A stretch of 37,139 nt of DNA from a virus (IMGVR_UViG_3300025033_000039:1-37139); one strand, 5' to 3'; shown: positions 18,898 to 25,996, counted from the stretch's first letter. Notes: generated by a model from the sequence alone, not told the origin. Numbers and translations are program-made.

Positions 18898-19455
18898 CTA
18901 GTACGGATCATCTGTGCCATCTGCGTTGTCGATCTTGTTCACTGATTCGCTATCAGTGTCGAAGATATCCGAACTACTTTTATTATCGACTACTTGCGTC
19001 AAGCTTAATGCTCTGCGGCTATCATTCGGTAACGCGCTGCGTTCCTTAGCTGCTTCAAGCGCATCCTTAACAGAAACTTTGTCACTTATGTTCACGTCGA
19101 GCTTGTCTCCGTACAGACTGTTATTGTACTTTGAAGCTATCCAACGCCTAGCGTCAATCCTATTTCTAGCCCTAGCGCCCGAATCACTATCAGCAATTTC
19201 GACTACTTCGGAGACTAACACTTCCGCCATCGATTGTTTAGCCCAAACGTACGCTTTTGATAGTTCAGGCGACAAACTAAGGATTTTCATAAACACAGAG
19301 GCGGTCACGTCATGTCTTAAAAGCGCCGCTTTATAATATTGGCCATTGGCTACGTCGTCTATGACGTCACGTGCAATTTGTTCTAATTCTGGTGTCAATT
19401 CGTGGATATCATAAGCCACTAGCACATTGGCGCCGAAAATATCATCAATACTCAT
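18898..19455 (-). CDS. terS: Terminase small subunit (Sf6-like)
   Basis: EIAD...ARNRIDARRWIASK.N...YGDK signature. Confidence 0.88.
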   Translation of the reverse strand: MSIDDIFGANVLVAYDIHELTPELEQIARDVIDDVANGQYYKAALLRHDVTASVFMKILSLSPELSKAYVWAKQSMAEVLVSEVVEIADSDSGARARNRIDARRWIASKYNNSLYGDKLDVNISDKVSVKDALEAAKERSALPNDSRRALSLTQVVDNKSSSDIFDTDSESVNKIDNADGTDDPY

Positions 19456-19463
19456 ATACCCTC

Positions 19464-19492
19464 AAAATACCTCAATAAGCTTATTAAGCCAA
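19464..19492 (-). promoter_or_regulatory. Putative terS promoter
   Basis: TTGGCT-17-TATTTT, 8 nt before ATG 19455. Confidence 0.45.
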
Positions 19493-19534
19493 AGACGCAC
19501 ACTACAAATAGATAGTGAGCTACTTAAGCCAATC

Positions 19535-19606
19535 GGTTGATTAGAATTGTGGTTGATTAGAATTGTGGTTGATTAGAATTGTGGTTGATTAGAATTGTGG
19601 TTGATT
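19535..19606. repeat. 16-bp perfect tandem repeat, 4.5 copies
   Basis: (ggttgattagaattgt)x4 plus ggttgatt. Confidence 0.97.
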
Positions 19607-19620
19607 CGCACCCAATATGC

Positions 19621-20002
19621 TGTGACGTGTTAGCCGTAACAATGTGACGGGTATTGATACGACTTAAGTCTTTGTTATTATTCATTTGTTACGGGTTTAC
19701 ACCTATTACTACATATAATACGTATATATATACATGTAAGGTCATACATATACCTAAAACACCATATAAAAAGTTTTTTTTCGTGCAAAAACCCGTCACA
19801 CCCGTAACAAGTCAATGATATCAACACGTTATGGCGAAAAATACCCGTAACACTGCTACGGGTTTACGATTACACAGTACGTTGGCCTATTTATTTCAAT
19901 AACTTAAGGCGTATTTAGGCGTATCAAACATCTAGTCATCGCGCCTAAAACTTAGACAGCCCGTAACAATCAAACAAAAACAACTACTTAGCACCTGTAA
20001 CA
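19621..20002. repeat. Iteron-like boxes (consensus ACCCGT[A/C]ACA) in both orientations around an AT-rich core; candidate replication origin
   Basis: Copies at 19632, 19643(rev), 19687(rev), 19791, 19800, 19843, 19854(rev), 19959 and 19993; AT-rich stretch 19701-19790. Confidence 0.75.
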
Positions 20003-20080
20003 ACGATTTCTTAACATAACTGCCGACAAGTTCGACGCCTTATGGCCCTAAGGTGTTAAGAATTCCAATGGCTTAAGTCG

Positions 20081-20096
20081 TGGCACGGCTTTAGCA
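20081..20096 (+). promoter_or_regulatory. Sigma54-type -24/-12 promoter of the early operon
   Basis: TGGCACG-GCTT-TAGCA versus consensus TGGCACG-N4-TTGCA; correct spacing, intergenic, 12 nt before the first ATG. Confidence 0.6.
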
Positions 20097-20108
20097 GTAC
20101 CTAACAAC

Positions 20109-20342
20109 ATGATGAACGCCACATTAAGTAACAATTTCGCCCTTAAACGTAGACCAACACTTGTCCAAAGAACTGGTCTCTTAACCTCTAACCGTGAAGC
20201 TAAATCAAGCAAGGGCCTCAAAGCCTCACAATCGCCTCAAATCGATTTAGAGCTCTTGAAGCGTCAGATAGTAGCCGCTGCGGCTTCAAACGATCTAAGG
20301 CTATTTGAAGCCCTTACACGTCGATATGACCAAGCTAGTTAA
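20109..20342 (+). CDS. Hypothetical early protein
   Basis: 77 aa, first ORF of the right arm; no SD. Confidence 0.55.
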   Translation: MMNATLSNNFALKRRPTLVQRTGLLTSNREAKSSKGLKASQSPQIDLELLKRQIVAAAASNDLRLFEALTRRYDQAS

Positions 20343-20369
20343 GCGAAACAAAGAAAAGGATTAAAGATT

Positions 20370-20921
20370 ATGAAAGATAAAAGTAAAAAATCAGTTTACG
20401 AAATCGTAACGCAGTCAATCATTGAAAAGCTAGAATCAGGCGTAGCGCCGTGGAAAAAGCCGTGGAAAGGTGGATCGCACGGTGAACCACGCGCTTACTA
20501 CAGTCCTTCTAAAGATTTAGTTATGATGCCTGAAATTGGCTTTTTCAAAACCTCGGAAGGATACCATTGCACACTATTCCACGAATTAACCCATTCAACG
20601 GGGCACACTGCCCGATTGAATAGAGACGGCATTACGGCGGCTAACGCGCGTTTCGGTTCAGAGGTGTATTCTAAAGAAGAATTAGTCGCTGAACTTGGCG
20701 CAGCTTTTTTGTGCGCGTCATGCGGTATTGAGACTCAAGAAGAACAAAACGCCGCTTACATAGAAGGATGGCTTAAGGCTTTGAAATCAGATTCTAAGCT
20801 CATATTTCAAGCTGCTAGCGCTGCTCAAAAAGCTGCCGATCTAATTTTAGATATAAATCCCGTTGATTATGGATCTGAAAAGAAAATTAAGAAGAAAGGA
20901 AAGTCTAAAAATGTTGCTTAA
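20370..20921 (+). CDS. ardC: ArdC-like antirestriction protein / zincin-like metallopeptidase domain, ssDNA-binding domain largely missing
   Basis: VYEIVT..II..LE.GV.PW.KPW N-terminus joined directly to RAYY.P..D...MP, HELTHSTGH and EELVAELGAAFLC. Confidence 0.85.
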   Translation: MKDKSKKSVYEIVTQSIIEKLESGVAPWKKPWKGGSHGEPRAYYSPSKDLVMMPEIGFFKTSEGYHCTLFHELTHSTGHTARLNRDGITAANARFGSEVYSKEELVAELGAAFLCASCGIETQEEQNAAYIEGWLKALKSDSKLIFQAASAAQKAADLILDINPVDYGSEKKIKKKGKSKNVA

Positions 20922-21084
20922 AAAACTTAACATCAAACGCCTAGTAGCGTTAGTGGTTCTTCTTTGGATATTGGCGCTATTAAGCGTCTTTGTCTTTCAA
21001 CCCGATGCGGCTTACTTATCTGAATACTGCGAACAAGCAACAACCGAGCAATGTGATACAGCAATGTTTGAAGGGAAATTCTAA
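20911..21084 (+). CDS. Small single-pass membrane protein
   Basis: ATG 20911 with AAGGA SD; basic N-terminus, TM segment LVALVVLLWILALLSVFVF, short Cys-pair tail. Confidence 0.6.
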   Translation: MLLKKLNIKRLVALVVLLWILALLSVFVFQPDAAYLSEYCEQATTEQCDTAMFEGKF

Positions 21085-21085
21085 T

Positions 21086-21475
21086 ATGACTAACTTAAAA
21101 TGCGACATGACCAAAGACTGCCAAAAACCCGTAAGTTTCATTGACGTGAAAGGATTCGTATACTGCGAATGCCATGGACTTCAGCGCCAGAGCTACACAA
21201 GAGCACGCAAGCTGACCCCCAAAGAACTCGAAACAATACAGCAAGGCAAGCAAATCAGTTACGAGAAACGCCGAAATAAATATAGAATCGAGTACACTCC
21301 TAACGGCAAGGTATGTATAACAGATGCGTGGTTAACTGATTACGTCATTTTCTATGATCACAAGCCTGCTTGGGCTCATGACGGGGTTTTTTACAGATTA
21401 CCAAAATACATAACAGAAAAATTAGATCTAATGGCTAAAAGACATTTTGAATCACAAAGGAAAGGTAAGGCTTAA
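21086..21475 (+). CDS. Hypothetical protein with putative N-terminal Zn site
   Basis: Start moved to ATG 21086; C-x5-C...C-x2-H pattern. Confidence 0.65.
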   Translation: MTNLKCDMTKDCQKPVSFIDVKGFVYCECHGLQRQSYTRARKLTPKELETIQQGKQISYEKRRNKYRIEYTPNGKVCITDAWLTDYVIFYDHKPAWAHDGVFYRLPKYITEKLDLMAKRHFESQRKGKA

Positions 21476-21476
21476 C

Positions 21477-21689
21477 ATGGCACAAAATCCGCAGCGTAAA
21501 AGGTCAATGCTATTCGAAGCGGTATACAATTATGGCCGCGTAGAATTCCTTCCAGTGAACGATGAGGCTAAGGCTATAGCAGTCATTGCAAAGAAAAAGC
21601 ATCTAAGTAAAGCGAACCTAGAGGCTCTAATAACCATTGGCCACAGGGTCACTTTTACGCAAGACTGCCTCAACCGTCTATTTGGATGA
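21477..21689 (+). CDS. Hypothetical early protein
   Basis: ATG 21477 immediately after the previous stop; followed by a terminator. Confidence 0.65.
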   Translation: MAQNPQRKRSMLFEAVYNYGRVEFLPVNDEAKAIAVIAKKKHLSKANLEALITIGHRVTFTQDCLNRLFG

Positions 21690-21732
21690 CAGACCGACCA
21701 AACTTTCGACAAATCCCTGAACTTTAATTTCC

Positions 21733-21761
21733 GCGTCGGCCTAACAAGCCGGCGCTTTTTT
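21733..21761 (+). terminator. Rho-independent terminator ending the first early operon
   Basis: gcgtcggc-ctaacaa-gccggcgc followed by T6. Confidence 0.85.
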
Positions 21762-21881
21762 GTTCCCAAAAATTCCCGTCGCTCGTTTCCCCCACGATTT
21801 CGAACACTTCAAATTTTTCAAACTCGGCGAGTGGTTTTCACCCTTGCCCTTGCTGCAAAGCACATGTATATAGGTTTTGCG

Positions 21882-22046
21882 ATGCTTAAACAAAAAGAAC
21901 AAAGATATATCAGGCACATTAAATCAGGCGAGTTGATTGAAGTTGAAGTCAGAACCGAGATGACCGACGAAGTCCCGTTGACCGACGAGGACCGCGCTGC
22001 CAACGAGGGTGATAGGCTGTACGATCAGCAAAAGGAAGACATGTGA
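21882..22046 (+). CDS. Small hypothetical protein
   Basis: ATG 21882 within track ORF 21831..22046; no SD. Confidence 0.5.
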   Translation: MLKQKEQRYIRHIKSGELIEVEVRTEMTDEVPLTDEDRAANEGDRLYDQQKEDM

Positions 22047-22141
22047 TGTTTGGAGAATTCAACAGTCAAGGGCTGCACTACACTGTCACGCTCATTATTT
22101 TCACTGCATCGCTCGTTTGGCTTATTATAAGAAAGGGCTGA
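22046..22141 (+). CDS. 31-aa membrane peptide (not in ORF track)
   Basis: MFGEFNSQGLHYTVTLIIFTASLVWLIIRKG; TGATG coupling; fills the gap between neighbours. Confidence 0.55.
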   Translation: MFGEFNSQGLHYTVTLIIFTASLVWLIIRKG

Positions 22142-22145
22142 GAAA

Positions 22146-22424
22146 ATGACCCCCGCACAGAGAATCAAAATAGCGCACGATGCTTGCGAGGCATTGGAGA
22201 CATGTAAAATATATTGGAGCTGTGAGGCTATTACTGCATCTAGTTGCGGCTATGAAACAGCAAAGGAATATTCTTACTTTTGGTTTGAGAGCAGAGGATT
22301 GATCGTTAAAGACATTGAAGGGACTGGTTGGCTTAAACGTAAAAACCCCAGAAAACAAGACAAGCACCACCGCATCCTAGCAATATTAACATGGGCGTAC
22401 TGCCCTGAGGAGATGAGGCCGTGA
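22146..22424 (+). CDS. Hypothetical protein
   Basis: 92 aa; stop overlaps the methyltransferase start. Confidence 0.65.
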   Translation: MTPAQRIKIAHDACEALETCKIYWSCEAITASSCGYETAKEYSYFWFESRGLIVKDIEGTGWLKRKNPRKQDKHHRILAILTWAYCPEEMRP

Positions 22425-23344
22425 ATGGCTTGGATTTATTTAGCGGAATCGGAGGAATCTCCGAAGCCCTTAGCCCTTGGGTCAAAACAATTGCCTACTG
22501 TGAAGTCGAGCCGAAATCTCGCGCTATCCTTCTATCACGTATGTATCGAGGGGAAGTGGACCCAGCCCCAATCTGGGACGATGTCTTCACTCTTTCAGGA
22601 CGACACATTGACGTTCCTATCGACATCATTTCCGGTGGCTTTCCCTGCACGGATATTAGTCTTGCAGGACTGCGTAAAGGCATTCGCTCAGATAGATCGG
22701 GTCTTTTCTGGGAAGTTGTCAGGCTTACAAAAGAAAAAAGACCTTCGTTTGTTTTTCTCGAAAACGTATGGCCAGGAGTTAGAAAGTTTGTCCCGACAAT
22801 CAGGTATCAATTTGAAAGCCTTGGGTACACTGTTAGAGATGGATTCATTGCCGCACGCGATGTTGGAGCTCCGCACAGAAGACAAAGGTGGTTCATGCTT
22901 GCCTACTCCAATGAAAACAAGCGTAGGTTATATGAATCAAAAAAACGGAAGCAAAACACTAATGCTATCCCACCTGTGGAAATTCGGCATGATCCCAACA
23001 AAGCAGAGATTTGGCAGCAACCAGGGCGGGGCGAATGGCAGGATCGGCAAGGTGAGGTACAGTCTTTGGAGTCTTTGGCGCATGGGGAAAATGCCGACCC
23101 CAACGAAACGGGATTACAAGGATCGGGGCTGCCAATCAGAACTAAAACGAAAGAGTCCGAGCTTGCCGACTTATTGGACTGTAACGACTGGGACGGTCTT
23201 GCCGCCTTCTTTTGTCGAATTGATAATGGGCTACCGCTTAGGAACTACCGCATTGGAGCCTTGGGCGACTCCGTTGTCCCGCAACAAGCAAGAAGAGCGT
23301 TCGAAATTTTAATGGGAATAAAGGAGCAACCAGATGAAAAATAA
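22421..23344 (+). CDS. C5-cytosine DNA methyltransferase, alpha chain (motifs I-VIII and X)
   Basis: DLFSGIGG, GGFPC, FLENV, GAPHRRQRWF and LGDSVVP; no motif IX in this frame. Confidence 0.92.
   Translation: MNGLDLFSGIGGISEALSPWVKTIAYCEVEPKSRAILLSRMYRGEVDPAPIWDDVFTLSGRHIDVPIDIISGGFPCTDISLAGLRKGIRSDRSGLFWEVVRLTKEKRPSFVFLENVWPGVRKFVPTIRYQFESLGYTVRDGFIAARDVGAPHRRQRWFMLAYSNENKRRLYESKKRKQNTNAIPPVEIRHDPNKAEIWQQPGRGEWQDRQGEVQSLESLAHGENADPNETGLQGSGLPIRTKTKESELADLLDCNDWDGLAAFFCRIDNGLPLRNYRIGALGDSVVPQQARRAFEILMGIKEQPDEK
22425..23312 (+). CDS. Overprinted beta chain of the C5 methyltransferase (putative target-recognition repeats plus motif IX)
   Basis: +1 frame open for 295 codons; LPTP/MIPT/MPTPT repeats and motif IX-like LPPSFVELIMGYRLGTT. 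Confidence 0.75.
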   Translation: MAWIYLAESEESPKPLALGSKQLPTVKSSRNLALSFYHVCIEGKWTQPQSGTMSSLFQDDTLTFLSTSFPVAFPARILVLQDCVKAFAQIDRVFSGKLSGLQKKKDLRLFFSKTYGQELESLSRQSGINLKALGTLLEMDSLPHAMLELRTEDKGGSCLPTPMKTSVGYMNQKNGSKTLMLSHLWKFGMIPTKQRFGSNQGGANGRIGKVRYSLWSLWRMGKMPTPTKRDYKDRGCQSELKRKSPSLPTYWTVTTGTVLPPSFVELIMGYRLGTTALEPWATPLSRNKQEERSKF

Positions 23345-23546
23345 CAAAAGACCGAGTTTCTATTTATTCTCAATGTGCAAAGTGTGTAATTCTTTAAATA
23401 TTACCAAGGTCTCGGATGAAAACATTTGTTTTGTATGCCGCTCAGAACTTCCGCTTTTGAATTTGATGAGCGCTAAAGAGCTTCAGGATTTTACAAACAC
23501 AATCCAAATGACTGTTCACCAAGTTGTTGAGAGTGGCGAAAAATGA
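23334..23546 (+). CDS. Small zinc-ribbon protein
   Basis: CKVC...CFVC; SD AAGGAG. Confidence 0.65.
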   Translation: MKNNKRPSFYLFSMCKVCNSLNITKVSDENICFVCRSELPLLNLMSAKELQDFTNTIQMTVHQVVESGEK

Positions 23547-24082
23547 CCACTAAAACACCAGAAGAACGGGCTAAGGACATATTCGATAGGTCACACAATC
23601 CAGCATCGCCGCACTTAATTGATATGATTGCCGAAGCCATCCGAGAATCCGAGCAACGTGGTGTCGAGAAGCCATGGCCTACGATCGGAGAATTTGAAGA
23701 TGCTTATTACAAATGGGAAAAAAGCCAGAACGAAATAGTTTTAGCAAACCAGCCATCTTTACCTGCTGATTGGGCGTATCATTACCTAACCCAGCACGCA
23801 GCACCTAAGGCGGCGGTGAGCGAGGAATACTGTGATTCTTGGTTTTCTTGGGCCCAAAAAAGGGACGAAGAATCTCTAAATGATGCAGAAGTTAGTCTCG
23901 ATGGATTGTCTTATGACGATGTTATTGAGTGGAATGATAAGGCTAGGCGCGAAGGTTTTCTTAAAGCATTATCAACTATGTCCATAACTACTTTGTCTAG
24001 CGCAGCCCTACAATCCCACAAAGCGCAGGACGTTTCGATTTTGGTTTTAGAAGTTATTAAGGAGCAAGACGATGCTAAGTGA
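23543..24082 (+). CDS. Hypothetical protein
   Basis: 179 aa, ATGA-coupled to the previous gene. Confidence 0.65.
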   Translation: MTTKTPEERAKDIFDRSHNPASPHLIDMIAEAIRESEQRGVEKPWPTIGEFEDAYYKWEKSQNEIVLANQPSLPADWAYHYLTQHAAPKAAVSEEYCDSWFSWAQKRDEESLNDAEVSLDGLSYDDVIEWNDKARREGFLKALSTMSITTLSSAALQSHKAQDVSILVLEVIKEQDDAK

Positions 24083-24288
24083 CGGGCGATTAACTGAAAT
24101 ACTCCAAGACGACGACCCAATTGATTGCTCAACTTCTAGGATTGACAACGTAGAGCTTCACAGCATGTGCACAGAACTACAACTACGCCGAGCCCATGAC
24201 ACTGCACACGACAAGAGCTACATTAGATTGCTAGTTGATAATCACATATTGAAGCAGAAGTTAAAGGAGCGAGACGATGCTAAGTGAC
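24059..24288 (+). repeat. 25-bp direct repeat at two consecutive gene junctions
   Basis: aaggagc(a/g)agacgatgctaagtgac at 24059-24083 and 24264-24288. Confidence 0.9.
24072..24287 (+). CDS. Hypothetical protein bracketed by 25-bp direct repeats
   Basis: SD AAGGAG; overlapping start/stop junctions. Confidence 0.65.
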   Translation: MLSDGRLTEILQDDDPIDCSTSRIDNVELHSMCTELQLRRAHDTAHDKSYIRLLVDNHILKQKLKERDDAK

Positions 24289-24630
24289 AGTATGAAGCTA
24301 GACACCAATCGCCTAGTGAGCCTTGCGAAAAAGCACGGCCTTACGAAGCTACTAGAAGAGGTTGAGTATGTGGTTTTAAAAGCTACGCTCAATAAAGCCT
24401 CGTCAGTTGCCGAAGCCGCCAAACAACTTGGCCTTGCGGACTCTACGACGCACAATAAAATTAAGATCTACGGGCTCAAAGGGCCAATGGATGTCAGAGG
24501 CGAGCCGAACAATTCAAGTATCAAGATGCAAATTAGAAGTTTGAAGCGAAACGGTATGCGCTCAATAGAGATCGCCAGGACTCTGAAGGTTAAACCGCAA
24601 CTAGTGTACAATACGTTGAGGACAAAATGA
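24277..24630 (+). CDS. Double-HTH DNA-binding protein with Fis/NtrC-type N-terminal HTH
   Basis: LLEEVEYVVLKATLNKASSVAEAAKQLGLADSTTHNKIKIYGL plus a second HTH GMRSIEIARTLKVKPQLVYNTL. Confidence 0.75.
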   Translation: MLSDSMKLDTNRLVSLAKKHGLTKLLEEVEYVVLKATLNKASSVAEAAKQLGLADSTTHNKIKIYGLKGPMDVRGEPNNSSIKMQIRSLKRNGMRSIEIARTLKVKPQLVYNTLRTK

Positions 24631-24842
24631 TGAAAGCAAATAGCAGAACACGGATGCCCGATCTATCGGCTAAGCAGCAGCCTGTGGCCGAAGCGCTTTA
24701 CAGGCAAGGATTTGGTACAAGTATAATCGCGATCAAACTTGAAGTCAGGCAAGACAGCGTGCATAAATATATAACGTCTTTGGGAATCATGAGAAAGCGC
24801 CATGAGCGCGTAAAGAAGGAGATCGCAAATGAGCGAAGTTAA
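24627..24842 (+). CDS. Small HTH protein
   Basis: LYRQGFGTSIIAIKLEVRQDSVHKYI. Confidence 0.65.
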   Translation: MMKANSRTRMPDLSAKQQPVAEALYRQGFGTSIIAIKLEVRQDSVHKYITSLGIMRKRHERVKKEIANERS

Positions 24843-25044
24843 ATGCCCATCGTGCGGCGCAGTAAGTGTAATATCGGAAGCTATTGTCAGAAGAAAAGTC
24901 AATGGTGAAACGGTTGAGTTGAAAGCCGAAGCTGTCATGTGTTTGCCTGAAAATTGCGGGATGGGATATATCACTGCAAAAGGTGCTAGCGAAGTAGAAC
25001 AAGAATTGGCTAAATTGAGAGGGGAATCAAATGGATCTAAATAA
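24829..25044 (+). CDS. YgiT/MqsA-type zinc-finger protein
   Basis: CPSCG...AVMC..NCGMGY; SD AAGGAG. Confidence 0.65.
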   Translation: MSEVKCPSCGAVSVISEAIVRRKVNGETVELKAEAVMCLPENCGMGYITAKGASEVEQELAKLRGESNGSK

Positions 25045-25405
25045 CAGGAAATTGACTGATCAAAACGCAGCTAGGTCTAAATTTATAAACAAAGTCAGAC
25101 TAGCTAAGCATCAATATAACGTTACTCATCGGACTGAGCGTAGAGAATGGAACGTCTTACTGCAGACAGTTATGGTTTGGGAAGGGTACGACATAAAACC
25201 CATTTACGATTGGAAAACTTGCAAGCGCGAACGAAGACTTATGTTTTTGAAAATGATTACGACCGGAAAGTCACTTACCCGAACGGGTGTGGGATTTGGC
25301 ACGCCAAAAGGTTCGAAACCGGAAATCATTGCACGCAAACTAGTTGTCAACACAAACGCTTACGAGCACGTAAGAAGCCCTTGGGTTGTAAATAAGAACA
25401 GTTAG
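25031..25405 (+). CDS. Hypothetical basic protein
   Basis: 124 aa; SD GAGGGG. Confidence 0.6.
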   Translation: MDLNNRKLTDQNAARSKFINKVRLAKHQYNVTHRTERREWNVLLQTVMVWEGYDIKPIYDWKTCKRERRLMFLKMITTGKSLTRTGVGFGTPKGSKPEIIARKLVVNTNAYEHVRSPWVVNKNS

Positions 25406-25458
25406 GCTTTTGACGCTTCCCAGCCCCACACCACGCTTTCCTATGCCAAAATTGTGTC

Positions 25459-25848
25459 ATGGGAAGGCCCAAGGGGACCCGCAGGAGTTATCAGGCTATG
25501 CGGCGCAATTTATTAGCTAAGTACAAACAGAATTCTCTCGCGAGAGGAATCACGTTCGCCATAAGTGACGCGCATTTCTTCAAATTACTTGGATCGGATT
25601 GCACATATTGCAGCGCCCCACCAACCACTAGCGCCGCGAAGTGGCTTGGTTGTGTTATCTTAGATAGAGATTTTAAACTTAACGGCATCGACAGAGTCGA
25701 CAACACTAAGGGTTATGTGAAAGGCAACGTGGCTGCGTGTTGCTCTAAATGCAATTACATCGAGAGAAGTATGAGCATCAAAGAGCTATACTTGCACGTC
25801 ATAAAGATGCTACCGAATCTTAGAAAATTGACAGGTAAAAAGCGTTGA
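25459..25848 (+). CDS. HNH-like (Cys-rich) endonuclease
   Basis: CTYC...GIDRVDNTKGY..GNV..CCSKCN; TGcCAAAAT 6 nt upstream; no SD. Confidence 0.78.
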   Translation: MGRPKGTRRSYQAMRRNLLAKYKQNSLARGITFAISDAHFFKLLGSDCTYCSAPPTTSAAKWLGCVILDRDFKLNGIDRVDNTKGYVKGNVAACCSKCNYIERSMSIKELYLHVIKMLPNLRKLTGKKR

Positions 25849-25880
25849 CAACTCAAGCGCCCGTGATAGATCTGCCTTTT

Positions 25881-25964
25881 TCGAACGAGGCCGATTTAGT
25901 TAACCCGCGCATCTGTATTCTATCTCCCCCGATAATAGAGCGATTTTAAATCGGCCTCGCTTGA
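25881..25964 (+). ncRNA. Putative small structured RNA (13-bp closing stem, CUCCCCC loop)
   Basis: CGAGGCCGATTTA (25886-25898) pairs with TAAATCGGCCTCG (25947-25959); inner CGC/GCG and TCTAT/ATAGA helices; TTGACA at 25845 upstream. Confidence 0.55.
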
Positions 25965-25989
25965 TATTCTCACCCCTCACCTATAAATT
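25961..25989 (+). promoter_or_regulatory. Sigma70-type promoter heading the replication operon
   Basis: TTGATA-17-TAAATT, 7 nt before an in-frame GTG at 25997. Confidence 0.65.
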
Positions 25990-25996
25990 CAACTCT

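Noticed and set aside
19535-19606. Possible CRISPR array
   Set aside because: Units are contiguous with no spacers; the only Cas-like gene is the DUF2800 replication exonuclease
21844-21884. An eighth leaderless promoter before ATG 21882
   Set aside because: Candidate boxes give inconsistent spacing (TTGCTG-15-TAGGTT or TTGCCC-17-TATATA); left out of the count
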